From contig NC_068990.1 in assembly GCF_001194135.2 (NCBI RefSeq), positions 28,590,023 to 28,642,964 of the forward strand: a DNA stretch of 52,942 bases. Reading direction: 5' to 3'. Under the pieces are notes generated by a model. That model did not search any database, was not told where the DNA came from, and was given only the letters and a program-made list of their open reading frames with translations. Position 1 is the stretch's first letter. Every line of letters begins with the position of its first letter. Below are positions 1 to 13,010 of this stretch, in pieces. The DNA is from Octopus bimaculoides (taxonomy: Eukaryota). Position numbers and translations under genes: made by a program.

Positions 1-75
1 ATATATATATATATATATATATACATACGTACCAGTGCAGATATACTTACTATATTGATACACAGACAGACAGGC

Positions 76-166
<91 letters not shown>

Positions 167-182
167 CAGACAGATAGATAGA
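1..182. repeat. Compound microsatellite (TA)n/(CAGA)n/(GATA)n
   Basis: Directly visible tandem di- and tetranucleotide runs. Confidence 0.97.
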
Positions 183-224
183 TATGGCTTCGGCAATTAT
201 TTCAGCTGCTTGCTTCCACTGCAG

Positions 225-272
225 GAAACCACTGCTTTGATTACGCAGCATGACACCTTGTGTTTGCATGAT
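225..272 (+). CDS. Candidate 48-nt internal exon (ETTALITQHDTLCLHD), possibly upstream exon of the putative LLTP gene
   Basis: Acceptor ttgcttccactgcag and donor GAT|GTGAGT; one open frame, phase 0-0, compatible with the phase-0 start of 10636. Short, so could be chance. Confidence 0.25.
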
Positions 273-606
273 GTGAGTAATCGAAGAATCCCACGAAAAC
301 TTTGGACAGAATGTACATGTAGTTTTAAGTTGCATACATATCGCAAACTGGTGTAACAGCTCCCCTTCCTTGAGATAATCTAAAACGTTCATGTGATCGC
401 GGGAAACCCAAGTTTATTACTAAATACTTGTCTAAACAAGCACTTCTTGCTGAATAGAGATGAGAGTTTTCATTGACTAAATCCACAAAGACCCATTTAA
501 TCACTTCGTGTTATAATATATCGCCAAATGTACAGAGATATTTTAAATCTCTATTAGACTGCAAAACATGCGTCTTACACCGACGTGGCTATGTCATAAG
601 AAGTCT

Positions 607-850
607 GTTTCTCAACCAGATGGTTCGAGGCTCGATCTCACCGCAGCACAATTGTTGTGGCATCGGGCAAAATGTTTAGCGGCACGTCTTCTCAATTTAC
701 GATTTGAATTAAAAATCTACCGGGATCAATTTTGCTTTTCATCTTTTCGGGCACGGTAAAAAAAAGTACCGAGATTAGCACGGGGGTTGATGTAATTTAC
801 TTCACTCCTCCTTCGAAATTGCTGGCCTAGTGCTAATATTTGTCAATATT
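607..850 (+). mobile_element. Degenerate tRNA-derived SINE (family B-like)
   Basis: Matches other copies in the window: cgggcaaaatgtttagcggc...ttttgcttttcatcttttcgg...gaaattgctggcctagtgc. Confidence 0.6.
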
Positions 851-1762
851 CGAATTCGTTATTATACATACATATAAATATATATATATGTATATATAAG
901 CATGTATGTATATATTCATATATGTATTTACATACATATACATACAAACATACACACATATATATAACACATTAATATTTCCTTTGATCAGAATAGATAA
1001 ATTGTTATTTACTTACGAGGACGTCTGAAAAAACTTATTATCATTATGACTATTAATAATTTTAAATGTATTCATGGTAATAATATCAGAGCGGAAATTT
1101 TTTTAAAAAGAAAAAAAGACAACAACGCGTGTTTGGTAAGATACATAGCAACATTATATAAGGTAAAATTTTACTAACTAAATTTAACAGAAGCCTTGTA
1201 TTGGATGGGAGTAAAGCAGAATGTAACTTTTTAAAAATCAATAAACCTTAATATTGTGCGCTCGCGTGTATGTGTTTGTGTATATATATACAGAGAGGAA
1301 AATAGATAGGTAGATAATTTGATATAGATATATACTCATATATATATATATATATATATANNNNNNNNNNATATATGTATATGTATATGTATGTTTTGTA
1401 TGTATTATGGAACGAAATATGAGTGAAAAATATATTTAATATTACCCAGATAATTTGCACATCACATATAAAGTGGAGAAAGAAAGAAATACATTTGGTG
1501 CCGAAATTCTTTCTAAACCGAAAAAAAAAATTATTTTTATTTGCTAGGAATTTTATGCAAGTAAGCTGTAATTTTTGATTGATTTTTTACGTAAGCCTGA
1601 CATAATATAGTAGCAGTTATCTTCATTGAATTCTTCTGAATTAAATTTAGAGAGAAGATGAGGTGACTGGTATGAATTTTGTATATTAGATAGGGAGAAT
1701 AGAGACATATAGCTGTGTTATTTAAATAACATGTCTGTACGTAGCGAGATGTTATTAAATAA

Positions 1763-2062
1763 CAGTGGTTTTCAACCAACGTTCATATGACCCTGGAGTG
1801 TCCACATAAGAATTTTGGAGTCCGTGTAAGTAAAACAGTAAATTGGGGACTCAGCGAAATATATTAAGTGTCCATGGAAAAAAATTAGTTTTAGACGTAA
1901 TTATTACAAGAAACAGCTAGTAACTTTCTCGACCGTTCTACATAGTTAATGTTTTAAAAGCAAAATAGGAATCTATAAAATTAGTTTATGACCATCGAAT
2001 GGATATGGGGAAGGGGGTCCACCAAATATGGAATAGTAAACAAAGAAGTTGAGAACCACCTG
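1763..2062. mobile_element. ~300-bp non-autonomous DNA transposon (MITE) with hAT-type TIRs
   Basis: Left end CAGTGGTTTTCAACC, right end AGTTGAGAACCACCTG (imperfect inverted repeat); CAGTGGTTCTCAA termini are typical of hAT non-autonomous elements. No clean 8-bp TSD seen. Confidence 0.6.
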
Positions 2063-2375
2063 TGTTATTTACAAAACACCGTGTAATAACATAGATTTGT
2101 TGTATTAGGGTGTTCTTTCTTTTATTTCCACAACCAGGCATTATGAAACAAAATAGTAGACCAAGAACTTTCTATCTGTGACCGTCCTGTAAAAATGGCT
2201 GACAATCAAGGCAATTGCTTCCTACCTCTGTTTCCAACGCTTAAGAAAGTAGAAACATAACATTCGCTCTTCAGCGGTTCCTTTGTAGATGTTAGGCAGT
2301 GGGTCTGTAGAGAAGCCTCTCTATGCTTACTATTAAACATCGTCAAATTATGATTCTCTCTCAAACACACACACA

Positions 2376-2407
<32 letters not shown>

Positions 2408-2445
2408 GGTTGGCAAAGGCGTACGTACGCCGCTATATGTATATA

Positions 2446-2650
2446 TAACTATAAAAGATGGAACAAAAATAGACGATAATAAAACATCCGGACAGATAGA
2501 CGACACAAGGTGGACAGATAAAACAACAGAAAGACAGACAGGAAAAACAATTGATAGAGGGACGTTCTTTCCGGTCACTCTATTTGTTGTCTATCTGTCC
2601 GGATATTTTATTGTCCTCTAGTGCGTTGTAGTTTCATTTTTTTATATTTA
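2446..2650. mobile_element. Unclassified repeat with inverted ends (copy 1 of a family also at 12470 and 26222)
   Basis: aataaaaacatccggacagatagacgac (2478-2505) is the inverse of tgttgtctatctgtccggatattttatt (2585-2612); the same terminus begins the copies at 12470 and 26222. Confidence 0.5.
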
Positions 2651-2769
2651 TAACACTTAGATTTAAGGCTCCTTCAATGGAATTTCGAAATCAACAATAG
2701 AGTATTTCTGTTTGTATGTATGTGTGTATGGATGTATATGTGAAGATTTGTATGCTTTGCCTTATGTAT

Positions 2770-3420
2770 TTCATCTCATGAATATAGTTGGAAAGTTTTA
2801 CAGATTTTTACAGTTCCAGTGATGGATCGAATCTGTAGTCTTCGAATTAGCTTTCACTTTTCTGGTTTTGAGAAGGCTAATTTCTCAAGACTGGTATTTA
2901 GGCAGCGTGTTACATATAACAGGGCCCCAATAATTACAGATATAAACCTGAACTTGTAATCTGGATAGAGTAACAGCAGATTTCTCAATAATTGAGCATA
3001 GGTGTTCTCTGTTTCCCTGATATTCAGATGGTAACATCAGTTGGGCAGCTAATTTCCACAATTGTACACAGCTACTTTTCTATATCCCAAAGCATTATAT
3101 TCAAGTCTGTTGTGCTTACACTGTATTGAACTTTTCACTAGAACATTTCACCAGTACTCCAATTTATTAAGAGTGGCTATAGCTTCTACCTTACAGTGGG
3201 TTCCTATTCCTTTGTCCTCGGGATTATCCTTCCGATGGATTTCATAGAGTATCCTATCTACAACATCATGTCTCACCAGTAGATAATGCCGTGATGATAA
3301 TTTTGGAGAGTTGCTTAACATGTGACTGATATCTTCGGCATTAAATCCACAAAGTCTGCATCGGATGTCATATTTTATTGCTTTTCCTGCATCTCTATCA
3401 TTTTTATTTATCAGATATTT
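2770..3420 (-). mobile_element. 3' fragment of R4/Dong-type (RLE) non-LTR retrotransposon
   Basis: Minus translation RCRLCGFNAEDISHMLSNSPKLSSRHYLLVRHDVV (decayed CCHC knuckle plus RHD motif), then YAQLLRNLLLLYPDYKFRFISVIIGAL...LQIRSITGTVKICKTF, the typical RLE C-terminus; stops present. Confidence 0.8.
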
Positions 3421-3502
3421 GCTATGTATGTATGTATGTATGTATGTATGTATGTATGTATGTATGAATGTATGCAAGCATGTATGTGTGTGTGTGTGTA
3501 TG

Positions 3503-3540
<38 letters not shown>

Positions 3541-4487
3541 NNNNNNNNNNNNNNNNNNNNNNNNNNNNNNNNNNNNNNNNNNNNNNNNNNNNNNNNNNNN
3601 NNNNNNNNNNNNNNNNNNNNNNNNNNNNNNNNNNNNNNNNNNNNNNNNNNNNNNNNNNNNNNNNNNNNNNNNNNNNNNNNNNNNNNNNNNNNNNNNNNNN
3701 NNNNNNNNNNNNNNNNNNNNNNNNNNNNNNNNNNNNNNNNNNNNNNNNNNNNNNNNNNNNNNNNNNNNNNNNNNNNNNNNNNNNNNNNNNNNNNNNNNNN
3801 NNNNNNNNNNNNNNNNNNNNNNNNNNNNNNNNNNNNNNNNNNNNNNNNNNNNNNNNNNNNNNNNNNNNNNNNNNNNNNNNNNNNNNNNNNNNNNNNNNNN
3901 NNNNNNNNNNNNNNNNNNNNNNNNNNNNNNNNNNNNNNNNNNNNNNNNNNNNNNNNNNNNNNNNNNNNNNNNNNNNNNNNNNNNNNNNNNNNNNNNNNNN
4001 NNNNNNNNNNNNNNNNNNNNNNNNNNNNNNNNNNNNNNNNNNNNNNNNNNNNNNNNNNNNNNNNNNNNNNNNNNNNNNNNNNNNNNNNNNNNNNNNNNNN
4101 NNNNNNNNNNNNNNNNNNNNNNNNNNNNNNNNNNNNNNNNNNNNNNNNNNNNNNNNNNNNNNNNNNNNNNNNNNNNNNNNNNNNNNNNNNNNNNNNNNNN
4201 NNNNNNNNNNNNNNNNNNNNNNNNNNNNNNNNNNNNNNNNNNNNNNNNNNNNNNNNNNNNNNNNNNNNNNNNNNNNNNNNNNNNNNNNNNNNNNNNNNNN
4301 NNNNNNNNNNNNNNNNNNNNNNNNNNNNNNNNNNNNNNNNNNNNNNNNNNNNNNNNNNNNNNNNNNNNNNNNNNNNNNNNNNNNNNNNNNNNNNNNNNNN
4401 NNNNNNNNNNNNNNNNNNNNNNNNNNNNNNNNNNNNNNNNNNNNNNNNNNNNNNNNNNNNNNNNNNNNNNNNNNNNNNNNNNNNNNN
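3541..4487. other. Assembly gap (N run); other gaps at about 8485-8850, 10000-10117, 25620-26219, 28033-28410, 35706-35923, 38621-39499, 45424-45770 plus smaller ones
   Basis: Runs of N, mostly flanked by (TA)n or (TG)n. Confidence 0.99.
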
Positions 4488-4575
4488 TGAAAATTTATCA
4501 ATAAAGCATTTTACTCTACCTCCGGTATTTGAGTACTATTTTTCCCACCTTGTTTCACATGCATGTGCTTACACA

Positions 4576-4622
<47 letters not shown>

Positions 4623-6213
4623 GCACACACTTGAAATACTCCTCCTGAAAGGAACATTCGATGTTAAAGATTCCTTTCATCTGGGATGACCAGGGACTAC
4701 ATAAATACAGGAATGTGCAGTGATAGATTCCATTCTTCTTAGTTATATCGTTAGCAATGAAAACAGTTATTATCTAAGGTAAACGAACGCAGTTTTCATC
4801 AATGACAAAATAGTTCTAGCTACAGAGCAAAATGCTATTAAAACTCTTGGCTGTGGCAAAGTTTCATTCAGCACAATTTCTTAAAATTGGTGTGTTAATA
4901 ATAATTAAATTGAGAAAATAGAATAGGAATGAATACGAATGCAATGAACCATGACGTAATGAAATGCGTTTTGTGCACAATTAATTAAATGTGAACTCTC
5001 TCTGTTCAGATCACTGAAGTTAAGAAACAAATAGATGCGATTAGCAATATGGAAATACGTGTGTGTGTGTGTATATAAAATCATAAACACGCTAAAAGAT
5101 GTATATATTGCTTTATTGATCGTATGTTTGTACATATGGGCAAAATAGACATTATTGCTCGTTGCATACACAACTCACTCCTTTAAATATAAAAAAAGTT
5201 TCAATTTATAGCGGACCTGCTGAAGAATGTTTAATTTGTGAGATGAATTTCTTGGTAAAACGACATATATGAATTCATTAAGTCAGGTGATTATAGGACA
5301 TTATAGTCACTTTTTCAACAGATGTACTTCGAAGTGAAGGCATTTATTGGCGATCTCTGATCTAACATTTTGATATTCTTTAGATCCATTGACTTTTATA
5401 AGTGTAATTTAAAATTTATTTGTACTATTTCTGTATGATTTATGTACATCAAAAAGTTTTCCCTTATCTGTAATGCAATGACCCTAACTTTCAATATTGA
5501 GTATTAAACAACTAATTTCTGCACGTGCGAATTCTTTACATTGTCGAAAAAGCTATGCAATAACATCGTAGTGACATAATGTTTATGCCTTGCTGTTGGC
5601 GTCTGTCTTATACCTGACCGATTCCACATAATATGTCTGTAGAATGTATTTCCACAGCAATATTTTGCTACGTTTATTCCATTAATAATCGTACATATGC
5701 TTTTAGTATGAAAGTATATAGGCTTCTAATATTTTTGGAATGAAAGTAAATAAATTTTGTACAAATTCTTTTGAATAATTCCTGTATGATTAATTGGGAA
5801 TTGTTTATTTTCTTAGGTTACGAGAGTGTTTGCTAAATTAGTTTTATCTTTTACAGGGAAGGTAGCTGAGAATATAGAATATTTCACTATCTTTTTCTCT
5901 TAGTGAGAAGTGGAAGGGAAGATGCACACTTAATCTCTTAGTTTAATGTAGATCTAATGAATTCAGCCCAATGGGATCCCATATTCGTGCGCTGTATGAA
6001 TCGGGGCAGGGGATGTTGCATCTTTTCCCGCTTAGCATATTTAACAGCTGTTTGTCTTCCATATATAACAATATCTTTATCGCGGCAATCTATGCATTAC
6101 CTAATTCTAGAGCACTGCTGAGTGAAGGTTTTCATATACAATGATAGAAGTCGACAATGCAGAACTGGATACATTTCTAGACATTATACTGTTCGAGTAT
6201 TGAAACTAGCTCC

Positions 6214-6740
<527 letters not shown>

Positions 6741-7742
6741 TACTATAGACGGAATTCTGTAGCTGTTTGCCTCGCTGCTATTACCATTAACGATAAGTAT
6801 TCTTTCAGATATTTTCCTAATTAATCCGATCTGCGTTTTTCAGGGTAGATAAATCAACATTTAGAATTACTGGCTAAATTCCGTTCTGGTTTTCGGTTGT
6901 GATATAAGCTTTGTGTTTAGATAAACATTCTTATCTCTTATCCAATATAAGTTTCTGAGCTATGCTTTTGCTTCGTTATTTAAACTTTTCTAATCTTCTG
7001 AGCTAGACCTTTTACATACTTGGCTTATATAGACTTTGTTAGAAGTTAGTTATATTAGTTACACTTTACTTCACAAAAGTATTTGCTTTTTCCGAGAATA
7101 TAAATTGATGTTTATTTCTCGTTCTTAAAATTTGAAATATGAGAGAGCTAAATCTTGTTTATAATGTACTCAAATACTGACAAAATTTTGGTGTAGATTA
7201 TTACATCTAAGGCGTCGCATACAAATGGAATTAGTTTGTTGATACTTGGCAGAAATTCGCGCTTTTTTATACAAATTAATCTGATCTACCAATAATATTC
7301 TTCTTACATCCGAAAAACACAACATCACGAGGTTATTAAACAAACAATATGATATTGTGGAGCGTATACATGACTCAAAACCGAACGATTCATCTACGTA
7401 TTACTTTGGTATGAAAACAAATATATTCCAAAGTTTGGATCACACTTGGAGGTTCTTTTTTTTTGTTTTTTGTTTTTAAGTAAGTTGCTATGTAATGAGA
7501 GTAACGTGGTCTTGTTGTTGGTTTTTTCCCAAGTTAATGTCAAGGAAGATATCTAAAGCATGAAGCGATCATAAAGACACGAAATATAATTATTAATAAA
7601 TGATACGTAATAAATATTAAATCATTTATTCAGTAAGCATTCTGAATGTGTTCGCATCAAAAAAACCGCTTTCAACAATGAAAATATACATACAAACACA
7701 CATACATATATATAGATACACACACAAGTGTATATGTGTATA

Positions 7743-7972
7743 CTTATTTATTTCTTTATTGCCCACAGGGGGCTAAACATAGAGGGGACAAACAAAGACA
7801 GACAAAGGGATTAAGTCGATTACATAGACCTCAGGTCATAACTGTTACTTATTTAATCGACCTCGAAAGGATGAAAGGCAAATTCGACCTCGGCGGAATT
7901 TGAATTCAGAACGTAACGGCAGACGAAAAACCGTTAAGCATTTCGCTCGGCATGCTAACGATTCTGTCAGCT
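7743..7972 (-). mobile_element. tRNA-derived SINE, family B
   Basis: Reverse complement of the near-intact copy at 30999-31227. Confidence 0.9.
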
Positions 7973-8185
7973 GTGTATAGATATTAATACTTGTATATGG
8001 ATGTGTGTGAGTGTATGTATGTCTTACTTTGGATGTTGTTTAAGTTCTCCTTGAGAGAGTTCAATCCGATCGTCAAGAAAGCGACGAGATTATTTTGGTA
8101 AAGAGAGTTCTCAGTGTTTGTAAATATGCAGGCCATTGTTTGTTAGTTGCACAGTCGATGCACACACCCAAGTATTTTTATCTAG

Positions 8186-8306
8186 TTGATGATGATGATG
8201 ATGATGATGCATATGATTATGATGGTGGTGATGATGATTATAATGATGATGACGATGACGATGATGATTATAATGGTGACGATGATGATGATGATGATGA
8301 TGATCA
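8186..8306. repeat. (GAT)n microsatellite
   Basis: Directly visible; explains the poly-Asp and poly-His ORFs. Confidence 0.97.
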
Positions 8307-8446
8307 ATGCCACGGAAGAGAAAAAGAAACAAATGTTAACAAGAAAATGCTGAAAAATATTACAAAGAAACCAAATATATATTTTCCACACTAACAAGAA
8401 ACTAGACAATCTCCAATAATCATGTGTGTGTGTGTGTGTGCGTGTG

Positions 8447-8484
<38 letters not shown>

Positions 8485-9067
8485 NNNNNNNNNNNNNNNN
8501 NNNNNNNNNNNNNNNNNNNNNNNNNNNNNNNNNNNNNNNNNNNNNNNNNNNNNNNNNNNNNNNNNNNNNNNNNNNNNNNNNNNNNNNNNNNNNNNNNNNN
8601 NNNNNNNNNNNNNNNNNNNNNNNNNNNNNNNNNNNNNNNNNNNNNNNNNNNNNNNNNNNNNNNNNNNNNNNNNNNNNNNNNNNNNNNNNNNNNNNNNNNN
8701 NNNNNNNNNNNNNNNNNNNNNNNNNNNNNNNNNNNNNNNNNNNNNNNNNNNNNNNNNNNNNNNNNNNNNNNNNNNNNNNNNNNNNNNNNNNNNNNNNNNN
8801 NNNNNNNNNNNNNNNNNNNNNNNNNNNNNNNNNNNNNNNNNNNNNNNNNNNAAACACACATAGAATATGTGAATCCCAGTCACATGTGAAATTCAAAACG
8901 TTTAAGAAAATCCATTTGCTCGCTCCACTGCTCTTTTTTTTCCCCGAGGTCTGGCACTATGCATATACACTATATATATATATATATATATATACACACA
9001 GCACACACAAACATACACACATATATACATACATGTTCATATGTACATTTGTATATGTATACGTATA

Positions 9068-9105
<38 letters not shown>

Positions 9106-9125
9106 TGTTTGTATGTATATATGTA

Positions 9126-9175
<50 letters not shown>

Positions 9176-9769
9176 TGCGTGTGTGCATGTATGCATTTTA
9201 TGTGAAATGATCGGTATAGTAAACGAGTTTGTTTTCTTGAAGCACCATTAAGTTGATCATTTGTTCAACAGCATACAAGTGTAGTTGCTGTATTTGGGAT
9301 TTCAATTACGAAAAACGGATAGCCTGCGAGTAAGTCATTTACCTTTTTTATTGTTTTTTCCTTTATATATAATTCTGTTTTGCTTTTATTTGTAAGCTAC
9401 TTATTCCATTTCTCACATGCATTCTGTATAGAAAAGAGATGCAAGTCTAATTATCTATCTATCTTTCTATATACGTGTGTGTGAGAGCATGAGCGTGTTT
9501 CTGTGTTCGTGTGCGCGCATGTGTCTGTTTATGTGTAACTCCTTTAATTAGTTTCAGGGTGTGAGCTGCAGTCATACAGCCATGCAGCTTCATTACATCT
9601 TCACTAATTGAAACTTCTTCAGACATCCGTCATTTGGTGAACCAGTGAGTTTTACTGCGACCTTAACAGCGAGATGATCCAACTTTCTCTTGGAAACACC
9701 TACAATCCAACCGACGCAGGTCCCTCGGGCCTTTTGTGAGGAGAATCTAGATTTCGTTTTTCTTTTTAT

Positions 9770-10452
9770 TCTTTTTACTTATTGCAGTCATTTTACTGCG
9801 CGCAGGCTGAAACAACGCCTCAATGGGTTTTAGTCGAACAAATCGACACCAGGACTTATACCTTGCAACCCTAGTACTTATTCTATCGGTCTCCTTTGCT
9901 GAACCGCTAGGTTACGAGGACATAAACACACCAGCATTGGTTGTCATGCGATGTTGGGGGGGGGGGGCGGACAAACACAGACACACCAACATATATATGN
10001 NNNNNNNNNNNNNNNNNNNNNNNNNNNNNNNNNNNNNNNNNNNNNNNNNNNNNNNNNNNNNNNNNNNNNNNNNNNNNNNNNNNNNNNNNNNNNNNNNNNN
10101 NNNNNNNNNNNNNNNNNTTGGTAAGCAAGCTACTTTACCACACAGCCACTCCTGCGCCTATGACGTTTACCAAATCCACTGACAAGGCTTCAGTCGGCCC
10201 GAGGCTATAGTAGAAGACACTTGGCCACGGTACCACGCAGTGGGACTGAACCTGGAACCATGTCGTTGGTAAGCAAGCTACTTTACCACACAGCCACTCC
10301 TGCGCCTATGACGTTTACCAAATCCACTGACAAGGCTTCAGTCGGCCCGAGGCTATAGTGGAAGGCACTCGTCCAGGGTGCAATGCAGTGGGGCCAAACT
10401 CCAAACCATGTGGTTAGGGAGCAAGCTTCTAACCACACAGCCACATCTGCGC
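9770..10452 (-). mobile_element. Family A SINE body (9770-9999) and tandemly repeated SINE heads (10118-10452)
   Basis: Reverse complement of the copy at 31785-32187; the head region repeats with a ~148-bp period. Confidence 0.88.
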
Positions 10453-10635
10453 GTATATGTTTTTCTGTTCAACCTTTGTACTGGACGAGTCGCTGGATTT
10501 GTTCAGCTCGTTCTAAGAAGAAAAACCAAGTAAAAATGAATAAACCAGAAAGAAATAAAGGGTAAGACACAAATCTTGTCTAATACTCTCAAATGAGATT
10601 AAACTGACAAATGACTCTCATTTTAACCCTTTCAG

Positions 10636-10787
10636 CCTACGAATATGCTTTATCGACTGCAGCATCTTTTGATTATATTCTTGGAAGACACGAAATCAGT
10701 TGGCCACATCAAAGTTCGACACACGATCATCAGGATCGATGGAGCGAGTAAGCTGCTTGATATCGAACCCCGCACCGCCTTACACCG
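10636..10787 (+). CDS. Candidate exon, start of LLTP (Vitellogenin_N/LPD_N) beta-barrel: PTNMLYRLQHLLIIFLEDTKSVGHIKVRHTIIRIDGASKLLDIEPRTALH
   Basis: Acceptor ttttaaccctttcag with in-frame TAA just upstream; donor CCG|GTACGA (phase 2, compatible with 14811). By-eye similarity to MTP LYKLTYSTEVLLD...SVGYRI...DGDDDQLIQI. Alternative donor GTAAGC at 10748. Confidence 0.45.
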
Positions 10788-11996
10788 GTACGAATATCGC
10801 ATTCTGTTCCTAAGGCTTGATATGTTTTATACATATGAGTTGTGTTGTAAGAGAAGAGTTAATATCACTAAACGCTGAATCTGCAATGCAATGTCACTCT
10901 CCAGTTGATGTCATTTGACTAAATCATAAATTTTATAAAACTATATTATCGATCTATTTAAGAAATCAATAGATTAAACAGCATAAGCATTGTTGCCACA
11001 AAGTTTACTAGAAAGTTACATCTGAGCGTCCTCCATGAAGTTTGTTTTTGTGCTTTTCTCGTCTCATCTATTAAGAGTTCGCCTTTCTTTCTCTCTTCTT
11101 TTCTCTTATATCTTATCTCACATCAGAACGTCGCTTATTCTTTTTTTTTTCTTGTTTTAGGCACGTGATTTGTTCCCGATCTGACCGTCCTGGTTTTAAT
11201 CTTTTTTTTTAAAGTTTTATTTATTGTATTGCACAATTTTATCTATTGTACTTTTTCCTGTTTCGTTTTTGCCTCAAACATTATGTCGTATTTAATATGT
11301 CATTGAGGAAAAACTGTGTAATGATTATCATCGAACAATTCTGATCCTGTGTACTTCTAATTGAAATGTTTCATCCATTTTGAACATCCATTTTCTTTCT
11401 ATTATTTTATACATAGTTGTTTTTCAGTGAATCTCTTCAGATTTTGCTATGAGAATATAGAGCCTTCACTGAAAGTTATGTTTCGTATACGAATACGTCC
11501 ATGTAAACAATGCGATCGAAGATAAGAAGGTAGGGAATGGGTCTATACTTATGTTGCAGGAGTTATTGCTTCTTCTCCAGCGCCATATCCAACCCATTAA
11601 CTATACACGAAGACATTACGTATACTCAGTCACTAAATTTAACAATCTAACACATTTGGATAGAAAAGGACGCAACTGCTAAAGCAGAGAAGAACACAGT
11701 GTTCGCTTATAAACCCGCAATATACTTGAGAGAATACTGTTGCAAATCGAAATATCGTGTCCCTACCAGCAATTAATGGTAAATACAGTTCCTCAAGTAC
11801 AGAATCAAGTAGAGAATCTAAAATGATAAGGGAGAGTAAGGAGAAGGTGGTACGGAATGAAAGAGTTCCACTAGCTCCTGAGTCTGCTATTACGTGCCTC
11901 CATTTTAACTATGATCATATACGTCACCTCAGAAGTCAAAACACTGATGCTGATAATCTGATCATCTTAAGATTATTTTCTTTCAATATATATCTT

Positions 11997-12260
11997 CTGT
12001 CGTTAACCGTTTACTTGTTTCAGGCATTTAACTGCGGCTGTGCTGGGGTACCGCATTGAGGACGTTTAATAGAACGAAGAATGAATCGACCCCAGTGGGA
12101 TTTTTATCTTTTTTTTTTATTAAGCCTGGTACTTAGTCTATAGGTCTGTTTGACCGAATCGCTAAGTTAAGGGGATGTAAACACACAAACACTGGTTGGC
12201 AAAATGTGGTGGGGGACAAACACAAAGACCAAAGACAAACAACTCATATATATATATATA
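11997..12260 (-). mobile_element. Family A SINE body
   Basis: ttacttgtttcaggcatttaactgcggc...cgctaagttaaggggatgtaaacacac matches the reverse complement of the 31785 copy's 3' half. Confidence 0.85.
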
Positions 12261-12469
12261 TATANNNNNNNNNNNNNNNNNNNNNNNNTTATAAGGTTTT
12301 TAACTTTTAAATTTTCATATTCAAAAGAGACAGAGACTTCAAATTCGATATATCGATTTATTCACCACTCTATGTTAACATTTCTGTGCCAAACGTATCC
12401 AGTGACTGGTCCATTGGATTTAGACATTTGGCACTTCTTCAGGAGTATATATATATATATATATATATA

Positions 12470-12720
12470 AATGGAACAAAAACGCAATAGAGGGCATTAA
12501 AACGTTCGGACAGATAGACGATACAAGGGCGGGCAAGAGAAACAACAATTAGAAGGACAGGCAAAAAAGGCAAATAAACAACAACAACAAAAACGGAGAA
12601 CATGGTACACAATTACGAATATAAACAACAAGAAATGACAACACGTGTCTTTCGACTGAGAACGATACGACGGCTGGTGTGTATGAAATGAAAACCGAAT
12701 GGCAGGAACAGAGGAGATGG
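12470..12720. mobile_element. Unclassified repeat, copy 2 (related to 2446 and 26222)
   Basis: aatagagggcattaaaa...gagaaacaacaattagaaggacaggcaaaaaa...aaaaacggagaacatggtacacaattacgaatat shared with 26222-26570; starts directly after (TA)n. Confidence 0.7.
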
Positions 12721-12854
12721 ACACAAGAATGTTGGCGATCAGCAGTCAGGCCAAGAAATGAAGATCATGTCTGGCCGGATACCGGTCACTTGGAAGGGGG
12801 AGAGATGGGTAGGGACAGCGGGATTGAAGGATTAGAAAAAAATCAATCACACAC

Positions 12855-13010
12855 GATGGGCTTCTTTCAGTTCCCGTCTATCAAATCCACTCACAAATCT
12901 GTGGTGTGCCCGGGTACTTTATAGTTGGAAACACTTGTCCGAGATGCAAGACAGTGAGACTGAAACCGGAACTATGTAGTTGGGAAACCATGTATTTACC
13001 TCACACGTAT
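12855..13010 (-). mobile_element. Family A SINE 5' part
   Basis: gatgggcttctttcagttcccgtctatcaaatccactcacaa...gactgaaaccggaactatgtagttgg. Confidence 0.8.

Noticed and set aside
3322-4689. Long ORFs in the track spanning N runs (also at 8.2-9.2k, 25.5-26.4k, 28k, 38.5-39.6k, 45.3-45.9k)
   Set aside because: Length comes from X codons in gaps plus microsatellite translation.
5212-5254. Splice-bounded mini-frame GPAEECLICEMNFL resembling a RING start
   Set aside because: Lies antisense within the decayed PLE; likely chance.
9558-9644. Strong acceptor (tttcag) and donor (GTGAGT) pair, 87 nt
   Set aside because: All three frames contain stops; at most a non-coding or cryptic exon.
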